DNA from: Candidatus Sulfomarinibacteraceae bacterium
GTDB lineage: Bacteria; Acidobacteriota; Thermoanaerobaculia; Thermoanaerobaculales; Sulfomarinibacteraceae
Assembly (NCBI GenBank): GCA_963714885.1
Contig: CAVQQV010000034.1
Span: 8,702-72,701, forward strand
Length of the DNA stretch: 64,000 nucleotides
Direction of reading: 5' to 3'
Shown: positions 28,032 to 37,522 of the stretch, piece after piece
How the letters are laid out: each line of letters begins with the position of its first letter
How positions within the stretch are numbered: the stretch's first letter is position 1
Notes under the pieces: model-generated
What the model was told of the DNA's origin: nothing
The model's database searches: none
What the model saw: the letters and a program-made list of their open reading frames with translations, nothing else
Program-made: the position numbers and the translations under genes

Positions 28032-29219
28032 TCACTCACCTCGCATCAGACGCAGGTTCGTGTCGATCAGGGCGATCCTCTGCCCGACGCACGCGGCCGA
28101 ACGAAGCGGGTCAGGCGGAGTATTTCTGCAATAGTCCACCAGCCGTTCGACGGTGGTCGTCGCGACGTGGCAGCGAGAGTCTGACGAGGCGTAGTAAATG
28201 AACAACTCGCCGTTTTCACGCGCGATCCAACCGCACGAAAACGTAACGTTCATGACGTCGCCGATGTACTCGTCTCCCGCTGGGGCGAGGAGGTAACCGC
28301 CAGGCTCGTAAGTGACGCGCCACGGCTCGTCGAGGTCGGTCATGAAAGCGTAGAGCACGTAGCGCAGCCCCGAGGCGGTGCCGCGCACGCCGTGGGCCAG
28401 CTGGAGCCAGCCCTCGCCGGTCTTGATGGGGGCGGGGCCGAGCCCGTTCTTGGCCTCGGTGATGGTGTGGTACTTGCGGTCGTGGACGATGATCTCCTCA
28501 TCGATCTGCGCCTCCTCGATGCTCTCCGACAGGCCCCAGCCGATGCCGCCGCCGGATCCGGCTTCGATAAAACCATCCTGCGGACGGGTGTAGAAGGCAT
28601 ATTTTCCATCAATGAACTCAGGATGGAGCACGACGTTTCGTTGCTGAGGTGAACGGCTCTTGAGATCGGCCAGACGCTCCCAGCTTTCGAGATCCGAGGT
28701 GCGGGCGACACCGCATTGGGCGACCGCCGTGGAGATGTCGCCGTGTGGCGGTTCGGGGTCCTTGCGCTCCGTACAGAAGAGCCCGTAGATGTGACCGTCT
28801 TCGTGCCGCACCATCCGCATGTCGTAGACGTTGACGTCGGGGTTTGAGGTCTCGGGCAGGACTACCGGACGGTCGCGGAAGCGGAAACCATCGACGCCGT
28901 TTTCACTTTCCGCAACGGCAAAAAAGCTCTTGCGGTCTGCGCCCTCGACCCGCGCCACGAGCAGAAACTTTCCGTCGAGCTCGATGGCGCCGGGGTTGAA
29001 GACCGCGTTGATCCCCAGACGCTCCATGAGGTGCGGGTTGGTCGCCGGGTCGAGGTCGTAGCGCCAAAAGGGGGGCGTGTGAGCGGCGGTCAGAACCGGG
29101 TGCCGCCAGCGCTGGACCACGCCGTTGCTGGGCGTGACCGGTTCGTTGTTCCGCGTCACCAGATCTTCGTAGTCGACGAAGAGCTGCTGTTTACGCTCGT
29201 CAAATTCCTGCCGGTTCAT
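28032..29219 (-). CDS. GH130 beta-1,4-mannosylglucose / mannooligosaccharide phosphorylase
   Basis: ATG 29219 is preceded by GGGAGAAGG, so the first ~190 aa of track ORF 28032..29786 are over-extension. MNRQEFDERKQQLFVDYEDLVTRNNEP..NAVFNPGAIELDGKFLLVARVEG.DRKSFFAVAES.NGVDGFRF..VYDMRMVRHEDGHIYGLFCTE..GKYAFYTRPQDGF..GWLQLAHGVR...YVLYAFMTDLDEPWRV is the GH130 pattern. Confidence 0.85.
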   Translation of the reverse strand: MNRQEFDERKQQLFVDYEDLVTRNNEPVTPSNGVVQRWRHPVLTAAHTPPFWRYDLDPATNPHLMERLGINAVFNPGAIELDGKFLLVARVEGADRKSFFAVAESENGVDGFRFRDRPVVLPETSNPDVNVYDMRMVRHEDGHIYGLFCTERKDPEPPHGDISTAVAQCGVARTSDLESWERLADLKSRSPQQRNVVLHPEFIDGKYAFYTRPQDGFIEAGSGGGIGWGLSESIEEAQIDEEIIVHDRKYHTITEAKNGLGPAPIKTGEGWLQLAHGVRGTASGLRYVLYAFMTDLDEPWRVTYEPGGYLLAPAGDEYIGDVMNVTFSCGWIARENGELFIYYASSDSRCHVATTTVERLVDYCRNTPPDPLRSAACVGQRIALIDTNLRLMRGE

Positions 29220-30435
29220 GCCTTCTCCCGTCATGGTTGATTGCGAGTCTCCGCAGCATCTCGAGACACATGCGGACCGTGTGGTAGGGGCCCTTCCACT
29301 CCGAAACCTTGGGCTCGCTCTCGTCGATCGTGCCGTCCGCCAGGACCCTCCAGAACCACTCACCTCGGGTTCGGTCCGCCTGATGGCGGTCGATGAACCG
29401 CCAACAGGCCGCGGCCGCTTCCGCGAATGCCGCCTCTCCGGTGAGCTGATAAACCTGCCAGAAACCGACAACAGCCTCCGCCTGACACCACCAGTCGCGG
29501 TGGGGGTTGGTGATTTCGCCGCCGCGCCCCTCATAGGCCAGTCCGCCGTCGCCGTCGATCGCCTCGGCCAGCGTCGTCCGTGCCAGATCGACCGCCCACA
29601 GGCGGACGGTCGCCGCGAGCTCTGGATTTGAGAGCACTTCCGCCGCCTCGCAGAGGAGCCACGCAGATTCGATGTCGTGCCCGTAGGTGCAGGTGTCGGA
29701 GCGGAGATTCCATCTTTCGTCGAAGAAATGGTGGAGGTGGCGGTCGCCGACGTCGCGGCTGATGATGAACCGACCGAAGATCGCAATGACCTCCTCGAGC
29801 CGCAACGCGAGCCCAGGGTCAGGCCACGCGCGGTAGAGGTTGGTGTAGGCCTCGAGGACGTGGAGGTGAGTGTTCATTGACTTGGCTTCGTTCATGTCCT
29901 TGTCGCTGAGGCGGAGTTCTTGCGCCTCCGCCCAGTCGGCGGCGCGGGCCTCGAGGTAACCGCCGAAGGTTCTGTCGCGGGCATGTTCTTCGATCAGCCG
30001 GTACACGTCCTGTGCGCGCTCGAGCGGGCCGGAGTCTCCGGTGGCGAGGTGGAGCTCGCTCAGTGCGTAGACGCAGAATGCCTGTCCGTAGGTCTTTTTC
30101 GATCGGTCGAGGGGGCGTCCGCCGGCATCGAGCCGCCAGAAGTAGCCCCCGTGGTCGGGATCACGAAAACGCGAGTCGAGATATCGGAACGCTCTCCGCG
30201 CCAGCTCGAGGTCGCTCGTGTCGCCGAGATGCCGGTGGAGGGCCGCAAAGGCCCAGAGCAGCCGTGTGTTGAGGATCAGTCCTCGCGGCGCGTCCTCGAG
30301 CACGCTGCCGTCGTTCGCCATCTCGGCGATGAACCCGCCGCGATCGTGGTCGACGCTGTGCTCACGCCAGAAGGGCACGAGGTTGTTCCTGAGCTCCGAT
30401 TCGATCTCGACCCGGAGTGCCGCCTGGTCGATCAT
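29200..30435 (-). CDS. N-acylglucosamine 2-epimerase-family protein (cellobiose/mannobiose 2-epimerase-like)
   Basis: The pattern LVPFWREHSVDHDRGGF, TRLLWAFAALHR, DPDHGGYFWRLD, KKTYGQAFCVYALSEL, MNTHLHVLEAYTNLY and YGHDIESAWLL indicates an AGE/CE (alpha/alpha)6 barrel. It overlaps the GH130 start by 20 nt. Confidence 0.8.
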   Translation of the reverse strand: MIDQAALRVEIESELRNNLVPFWREHSVDHDRGGFIAEMANDGSVLEDAPRGLILNTRLLWAFAALHRHLGDTSDLELARRAFRYLDSRFRDPDHGGYFWRLDAGGRPLDRSKKTYGQAFCVYALSELHLATGDSGPLERAQDVYRLIEEHARDRTFGGYLEARAADWAEAQELRLSDKDMNEAKSMNTHLHVLEAYTNLYRAWPDPGLALRLEEVIAIFGRFIISRDVGDRHLHHFFDERWNLRSDTCTYGHDIESAWLLCEAAEVLSNPELAATVRLWAVDLARTTLAEAIDGDGGLAYEGRGGEITNPHRDWWCQAEAVVGFWQVYQLTGEAAFAEAAAACWRFIDRHQADRTRGEWFWRVLADGTIDESEPKVSEWKGPYHTVRMCLEMLRRLAINHDGRRHEPAGI

Positions 30436-30438
30436 CAG

Positions 30439-32307
30439 CTACTCGCCGTACTCGACCTCGACCCGGGTGACTCGCACCTGGGTGCCCAGGAACTCCAATC
30501 GCAGGTACCGCGACCCGATCAAGGGGTCGTCAAGCCGGTACCGAACCGGCTGCTGAAAATCGTAGGTGGAGTCATTTTCGTACTCCATGGTTTCCTTGCG
30601 AAGACTGGCCGGCGAGAAGGTCGTGCCGTCCGCAGAGACGCTGAAGGCGAGGGGCTCGACCGCCGTCGACGTGAACGCCCACACACGAGCCCCGACGATC
30701 GGGCCGTCAGTGCGGTACATCACCGCGGCTCCCTTGGTTCCCACGAGCCCGTGCGCGTCCTCTTTGAAGCTGCGGGCACGGTCGTGTCGGAAATCGAGGT
30801 GTGGTTCCGTGAGAAATATGCGCGCGTCACTCCACAGCTCGTCAACCAGCGTCCGGTGCGTCATCGTCACTGGTCCGAAGGGTTCCGACGGCGCCGACCG
30901 ACCGGCGTCGTTGCGTGCGGTGACTCGGTACCAGTAACTCCTGCCCGGAACGACCGACTGGTCGGAGTGCAACTGCCGGTACTGGACGGTGGCATCGGAA
31001 ACGCCGGTGGCGACGGTCCTCCACGTACCGTCCAGCGATTCCGTCCGCTGGATATCGTAGGCGTTCGCGCCCGCAGACCCACGCCAGTTCAGCTGGCCGC
31101 CGGAACTGACCTCGATGACGGCTGGTGCCGCGGGGGCACCCCGTTCCAGGTCGTTGATGCCACGCACCGCAAAGGCACGGCGCCGTATTTCACGCAGTAG
31201 TCGGGTTTCGTCGTAGGCGTCGCCACTCGCGAAACCGGGCCAATGGTAGGCCTTGAACACATCGCCGCCGAGCGGCTCCGAGTGCCAGTAGAAGCCGCCG
31301 TCGCGGTTGTGGAAGCGCAGAGACCACGCCAGCCCGCCGGCCAGGCCTTCGCCGATGATGGTGTCCATCACAGCGGTCATCCCGGCCGTCGTCAGAAACC
31401 CGAACTCGCCCACGTGGTACGGCTTGCGACCACGAGCCATGGCTGCGCTGCGGCGGATGTTGGCGATGATGTCCCTTGGGTCCTTTTCGTAGTGGTGGGT
31501 CTGGAGCAGATCGACATTGGGGTCGTCGATCGATTCCGGGCGCAGAACCTCCTCCTGGCGACCGTCGATCACGAGGTGGTTGGGATCGAGTTGGTGAATG
31601 TAGGCCGCGATCTCAGCCGTCCAGGCGTGGGGGCACTGGAGCTCGTTTCCGGTCTCCCAGGCGAGAATGGTCGGGTCATCGCTGTAGGTCACTTGATTGC
31701 GGGTGTTCACGCGCTCGAGCATGAATCGCACGGTCTTTTTATAGTCGTCGATCAGTTCGGGGTCGGTCCAGAAAGCTTCGCGCGGTTCCTCCCGGAAGGC
31801 GGCGTATTCGGCCACGCCGCCCCACCACGACCAGTTGTCGACCAGTGGGATGATGACCCGCACGCCTTTGGTGCGGGCCACATCGAGCACCATGTCGAGG
31901 GCCTCGAAGCCCCGCTCGTCGAATTTACCCGGTCCGAGCACGTGGCGCGGCATGGTGTCCGGATCGTCGGGTTTGCGGACGGAGAGGGCGTAGATCCGGA
32001 CTACGAGGCCCCCCATCTGGCGGATCGAGTCGAGGGCGTCTCGAACCTCGTACTCGTTTGACCAGCGGAAGGGCATCGCCTGTGCGAACCGCATGTCGTC
32101 CTCGATGTAGTGGAGGTTGGGGACGTTGAAAGACAGGAAGCGAAACTCGTCCTGGCCTTCGAAAAGGCGGTCGCCGCGGGCCGTGACGAACCCCGGCGAT
32201 GGTTGGGCCACAAGTGGGGGCGCCTGCGCGCACGAGATGAGCAGCAGTGCCGCCGCCACGACAAGGGTCGTGACTCTCCACGCCGCGCGCCCCGTGAGAC
32301 CGATCAT
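30439..32307 (-). CDS. GH5 beta-mannanase-like enzyme with Fn3-like and C-terminal beta-sandwich (CBM-like) domains
   Basis: ATG 32307 overlaps the symporter stop (ATGA), so the first 171 aa of the track ORF are over-extension. Lipobox-like LLLISCAQ. FRFLSFNVPNLHYIEDD, ILAWETGNELQCP (acid/base NE) and YHVGEFGF (nucleophile E). The Fn3-like segment is LNWRGSAGANAYDIQRTESLDGTWRTVATGV..YWYRVTARNDAGRSAPS. Confidence 0.75.
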   Translation of the reverse strand: MIGLTGRAAWRVTTLVVAAALLLISCAQAPPLVAQPSPGFVTARGDRLFEGQDEFRFLSFNVPNLHYIEDDMRFAQAMPFRWSNEYEVRDALDSIRQMGGLVVRIYALSVRKPDDPDTMPRHVLGPGKFDERGFEALDMVLDVARTKGVRVIIPLVDNWSWWGGVAEYAAFREEPREAFWTDPELIDDYKKTVRFMLERVNTRNQVTYSDDPTILAWETGNELQCPHAWTAEIAAYIHQLDPNHLVIDGRQEEVLRPESIDDPNVDLLQTHHYEKDPRDIIANIRRSAAMARGRKPYHVGEFGFLTTAGMTAVMDTIIGEGLAGGLAWSLRFHNRDGGFYWHSEPLGGDVFKAYHWPGFASGDAYDETRLLREIRRRAFAVRGINDLERGAPAAPAVIEVSSGGQLNWRGSAGANAYDIQRTESLDGTWRTVATGVSDATVQYRQLHSDQSVVPGRSYWYRVTARNDAGRSAPSEPFGPVTMTHRTLVDELWSDARIFLTEPHLDFRHDRARSFKEDAHGLVGTKGAAVMYRTDGPIVGARVWAFTSTAVEPLAFSVSADGTTFSPASLRKETMEYENDSTYDFQQPVRYRLDDPLIGSRYLRLEFLGTQVRVTRVEVEYGE

Positions 32308-34140
32308 TCGAGCTCCAGCTTGTCGTACCAGTTCTTTTTCAGGAAGACCATGGTCAAGGCGATGATCGAGGCCGTGACCGCCGCCGGCGTCCATCGCATG
32401 AGCACAAAGTAGATGGGGAAAACCACCAGCGCAGTCTGCCAGACGGTGCCGACGACGACGTTGACCATGTCGCGCTTGAAGTTCTTGTTGGGCTGGAAAT
32501 CCGGGTCTTCGGCTTCGACCTGGCGGCGGATCGGCCCCCAGAAACCCCAGGGCCGCACGCTGCGATAGAAATTCTTCAGCGTTGCCTCGTCGGTGGCCTT
32601 TGTCAGATAGGTGCCCAACAAACACCCGGCCAGCGAAATCGCCATGAGGTGCGGGAAGTAGTAAAGCGGCAGGATCGTCGGCCAGATGATAGGGGCGATC
32701 AGGGCCGGTATGATCCCCGCCACCATGCCCCAGAAGTATCCGTAACCATTGAACCGCCACCAGTACCACTTGAGCACGTTGGAGGACAGGTAGGCGCCCC
32801 ACAGCGCGGACACGATCCACTGCAGCATGTTATTGACGTTCTTGGCAAAGAAGCCGAGGACTATGGAAACGATGACGATGAGCAGCCCGCTGGCGTAATT
32901 GACGATCACCGTCCGACGCTGTGACGCTCTGGGGTCGATGTACTTGTGATAGAGGTCGTTCACGACGTAGGCCTGAGCGGCGTTCAGGGTCCCCGAAAAG
33001 GTCGACACGAAGGCGGCGGCCAGACCGGCCAGCAGCAGGCCGGTGAACCCCGCCGGAACGAACTCGTTGATCGCCGACGGCAAGATCTGTTCGAAATCGA
33101 GCCGACCGCCGGAAACGAGGTCCAGCCGCTCGTAGAAGAGCAGGCCCAAGACCATGAAACCGGCGATCATCAGATAGCGGGACGGGGCGAGAACCAGGCT
33201 CACGAAACCGCTCATCAGCGAGGCTTCACGAGGCGATTTGGTGGCGAGGATCTTCTGCATGTCGTAGTTGGGGGCCGGCCCCGCTGCGCTCACCAGGATC
33301 CCCTTGAAGACCATCATCATGAAGAAGATCGTGAAAAGGCCGAAGTGGTCATCCGCGATTTTCTGGTTGACCTCGGAGATGATTCCCGTCCAGTCCAGGT
33401 TGAGTTCCCAACCGAACCAGGGACTCATCCAGCCGTCGGGAACTACGAGGGGATTTGCGGCCAGGGCGGACATGGCGATGACCGCGACCACCACCGCTGA
33501 AATACTCATGATGGTGTACTGCAAGACGTCGGCGAGAACGATGGACCGCATGCCGCCGAGGACCGTGTATCCCACAGCCACAAGGGTGAAGACGACGCCG
33601 TAAAGGTGGGGCACGAACTCGGGTGCCACGCTGATGCCGAGGTACGGTTGCACCGCCTCCCATGGGATGAAAATTTCGATAAACTTGCCGAGACCGACAA
33701 ATCCGTAAGCCAGAAAACCGAGCCCGCCGATGAGGGCAAAAACCACGACGACGGTATGTGAGAGGCGCGACCCAGTACCGGTGCCGAAGCGGGTCTCGAT
33801 CCATTGCGCGCCGGTGGTCACGTTCGACCTGCGCAGCCATGCCGATAAGAAGACCATCAGAAAGATCTGGTTAAAGGTCGGCCACAACCACGGCAGCCAG
33901 ATGCTCTTGAGGCCGTAGACAAAGCCGATGGTGACCAGCCACATCGTGCCCGAGATGTCGAACATTCCGGAAGCGTTGGACAGACCCAGCATGTACCACG
34001 GGATGTCCTTGCCGCCCAGAAGGTACGACTCCATGCTCTATTGCCGCGCGCCGCCGCATGGCGAAACCGATGGCTGTCACCGCGACCAGGTAGACGGCGA
34101 TGATGCTCAGATCGAGACCGGTCAGTTGCAGTGAAGCCAT
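32304..34140 (-). pseudogene. Sodium:solute symporter family transporter, one frame change near the 5' end
   Basis: The N-terminus MASLQLTGLDLSIIAVYLVAVTAIGFAMRRRAA (track ORF 33871..34140) joins ..SMESYLLGGKDIPWYMLGLSNASGMFDISGT... (track ORF 32304..34034) at ~34039-34041. The junction is gcaa[t]agagcatggag. Confidence 0.8.
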
Positions 34141-34171
34141 CTCCGTTCCCCTCGCTTGTGGTCAGGCCACC

Positions 34172-35252
34172 TCAGTCATTTTCCAACATGTAGGACCTGA
34201 AGAACGCGCCTTGCTCGGTCGGTGTGTAGTCCCAATCGGCAATCAGCTGCGGTGGCCAGTCGGGGTCGAAGCACCAGGCGGTCCACGACATGCCTTTGGA
34301 TTCGAAGAAAGCGGTGATTCTCTTCGCCGTAGCTGACGTCGCTGATGACCGGGATGTGGGCCCCCAGTTGATCGGCGGCCATGAAGCCGATTTCGGTGGC
34401 GATCACCGGGTAGGTGTCGGCCACGTGGCCCCAGTCTTTCTCCCAGTTCTTCTCCCACGGCTGCTGTGCCTTCATTGGGTAGGGATGGGTGACGTAGCCG
34501 ACGCCTTCGAAGGCTACAGGGTCGTCGATCACGCTTCGCAGCTCGTAGGCCCAGTCGAAGCCCCCGACGAGCGGAATGACGTTCTGGTCATGGGCGAAGA
34601 TGATGCCGATCATCTCTTCGTTCATGGCCTTCCATTCGGCCCAGCTGATCCGGCCCAGTTGTCCGAAATAGGTGGTGGGTTCGTTGAAGAGTTCGTAGAA
34701 CGCGATGGTGGACACACCGGCGTAGCGGAAAGAGATGTCGCGCCAGAAGTTGTACGTCTCCTGCCGGGTGGTGTAGTGCATCGGGTGCTGAAAGACCTCG
34801 GTCTTCAGATTGCCGATGCCGTGCCACTCGACGATCAGATAAAGCCCGACCTCGGACGCCCACACGACGCCTTGGTCGAGCAGCTCGAAATAGGCGTCCT
34901 TTCCGCGCCCCTTCCAGGCCACCGGGTGGACCGGCACGCGGACGATGTCGGCGCCCCAGTCCTTGATAACCTTGAAGTAGGCGCGGTTCCAATGGCCGTC
35001 CTTTTCGAGCTTGTCGGGATCGGAGATGTTGACGCCGTGGAAGATTCGGGTGGTGCCGTCTTGGTCCACAAAACGGTTGCCCTCGACCCGGATAAATGAT
35101 GGAGCATTCTCGATTTGTGAAGCGTCGAACGGCTGCGGATAGGGAACGTCCCACCAGTCTTCGCCGGTCGCGCCTCCAGCGTCGGCCGCGAGACCATGGA
35201 CCATGAGCGCAGCCGCACAGAACATTACAAGGCGGTTCGGTTTCTTTTTCAT
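34172..35252 (-). pseudogene. GH5 endo-beta-1,4-glucanase-like enzyme, one frame change near the 3' end
   Basis: ATG 35252 (MKKKPNRLVMFCAAALMVHGLAADA signal). FHGVNISDP, DIVRVPVHP, YLIVEWHGIGN and AFYELFNEPT (acid/base). After ..HIPVISDVSYGEE the real C-terminus is in another frame: ITAFFESKGMSWTAWCFDPDWPPQLIADWDYTPTEQGAFFRSYMLEND*. Stop is at 34172-34174 and the junction at ~34319. Confidence 0.75.
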
Positions 35253-35301
35253 CGGCACCTCCCAGAGATCCGTAACACCCACAGATCCTCGAACCGTCGG
35301 T

Positions 35302-37411
35302 TCAGTGTTCCACGACTTCTGACGCCTTCTCATCCGGTGAGCAACCCTGCTCGTCGAGACCGGCCGGTCCGGCGGCAGCGCACACCAGCCGGACGATCGG
35401 TTCGATGATGACCAGCTCGGTCTGGCCGTGAGATGTCTTCGCCTTTTCGAGCGTTTCCATGTGCGGACGAAGCCAGTCCGCGGTCGCAGGTTCGTCGTTT
35501 CCTAGAACACCGAGTGCCTCGAGTCCGACTGCCGACACCTCGGCCAACGAGGCGGACATCGGAATCATCTCGGCCAGTGCCGGAGAGGATTCCAACATGC
35601 CCCCGATCTCGGTGTTGTTGTCTCGCCAGATCTCGAGAGCCATCCGAACGGCCTCGAGCTGCGCCGGGTCGGCGAAGCTGCCGTCGATCAAGCGTTCGAC
35701 CGCCCATCGGAACTCCCGCGCCGGCTGTGCATCGGGCCAGGCCGTGTCCACCATCCGGGTCAGAGGAGAAAACTGGGTGTGTTTTTTGAGCCGGCCGCGG
35801 TTGTAGACCTTGACCGGTTCGATAGTGCCCAAAAGGACCTCTAGACCGGCCACGTCGCGGCACTGACACAGCCGGCGCAACATCATCTGGCGGTTGCGTT
35901 CGTGCTGCAGGCCGAGCTCCTCGAGCATCAGGCTGATGCGGTCCAACCGCCGGTACATGTCCTCGAGGTCGCGGATCGATCCCGGAGACCAGAGGCGCTC
36001 GGCGATTGCCGCAGTGCGCGGCCAGATCCGGGAGTCCACCGTTTCCGGCGAGACATACTCCGCCCACATGGTGGCCTCGCCGCCGAGGACGCGAGCCGCT
36101 TCATCCGCCGACAGGTCTGAGTCCGGCGGCATGGGGTCGTTGAGATAGTGATGGTCCGTGGGGTGGATGAGATCGATGTAATAGCCGTTGGAGAGGATCC
36201 CCGCATAGCCGAGGCGGGCCGCCTCGAAGAGCGATTGCCGACCGCGCCACGACTGGATGACGACGTTCTTCGGCAGACCGTCCTGAAAGATCTCGTCCCA
36301 GCCGATCATCCGCTTGCCGTGCCTGGTCAGGATTTCGAGGACCCGTTCGTTGAAGTGACGCTGCAGCATCAGCGGCTCGTCGTAGCCGTTGGCCTCCATG
36401 AAGGCGACGATCTCCGGGTTGGCGAGCCAGTGTTTGCCGTTGTTTTCGTCGCCGCCGATGTGAATGAACTCGTCGTCGAAGAGCTCCGCCATTTCGGCGA
36501 AGAATGCGTCGAGAAAGGTGTAGGTCTCCTCGAGGATGGGGTTGACAGTGGGGTCGAAGATGCCCCAGCTGCGCTCGATCTCATAGGGCCCCGGCGCGCT
36601 GGCCAGCTCGGGGTAGGCGGTGAGCCAGGCGGTGCCGTGGCCGGGAAGGTCGAACTCCGGCACTACCCGGATGCCGCGGTCGGCGGCGTAGTCGATGACC
36701 TCGCGAATCTGGGCGCGGGTGTAGTAGTAGCCATCGGAACCGAGTTCGTGAAGCTTGGGCAGGACCAGACATTCGACCCTGAAACCCTGGTCGTCCACCA
36801 GGTGCCAGTGGAGGACATTGAGCTTGACCGCGGCCATGCCGTCGAGGTTGCGTTTGACCATCTCCACCGGCATGAAGTGGCGGCTCGAATCGATCATCAG
36901 ACCGCGCCACGGGAAGCGCGGATGGTCGACGATCGTGACGCGCCGGGAAGGTGACGCCGTGCTGCGTCGAGCGTCAGGAGCTGGAGCAGTGTCTGCAAGA
37001 CCGCGGAGGGCGCCGATGTCGGTGACCGCCGCAGCTCGATGCTTTCCGGGGTGACCGTCAGCCGGTAGCTCTCATCGTCTCCGACATTCAACGATCCGGT
37101 GCGCTCGGCGACGACAGTCACCGATGCGGTCTGTGCGGTCCGAGAGTTGGAGAAAAACGGCGTTGTCGAAAAAGATCGCCGAGCGGTCTGACAATCGGCG
37201 CAGCATTCGCCGTACGCCGCGCTGCAACCGGGGAGTGGCGCCACCTGCCTTCGATGGCAACCGCAAATCCCTCATCGATTTCGAAAACGCCGGCGTTCAG
37301 CTCGATTTGTGCGGGAACGGGCATGAGATCGAGAGTTGTGGAGGTGGTTTCGGCTGCTGGTGTGGCTGCGGCGATGAGCATCGCGCAGAGGCAGAGGAAC
37401 GGAATCTTCAT
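35302..37411 (-). pseudogene. GH20 beta-N-acetylhexosaminidase, at least 5 frame changes confined to the first ~500 nt
   Basis: The catalytic part is intact: RFPWRGLMIDSSRHFMPV, LNVLHWHLVDDQGFR, VVPEFDLPGHG and FIHIGGDENNGKHW. The N-terminal domain is spread over several frames: MKIPFLCLCAMLIAAATPAAE..LMPVPAQIELNAGVFEIDEGFAVAIE / AGGATPRLQRGVRRMLRRLSDRSAIFFDNAVFLQLS / TAQTASVTVVAERTGSLNVGDDESYRLTVTPESIEL / AAVTDIGALRGL / QTLLQLLTLDAA / GVTFPAR / VTIVDHPRF. Junctions are at ~37250, ~37140, ~37010-36980 (two), ~36950 and ~36935. Confidence 0.8.
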
Positions 37412-37522
37412 TTTTCCCCCCAGAATTGATTTTGCTGAGAGCTTTATGGCAACTCATTCTCTCGCAACCGGACGATACATGCCACCTCTGCGGTAAGATT
37501 CTGGCAGCAAAAAGGAGACTTC

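Noticed and set aside
27242-31200. + strand ORFs 27242..28201 (319 aa), 29920..31200 (426 aa) and 31243..32061 (272 aa)
   Set aside because: They are antisense shadows of the GH27, 2-epimerase and GH5-Fn3 genes.
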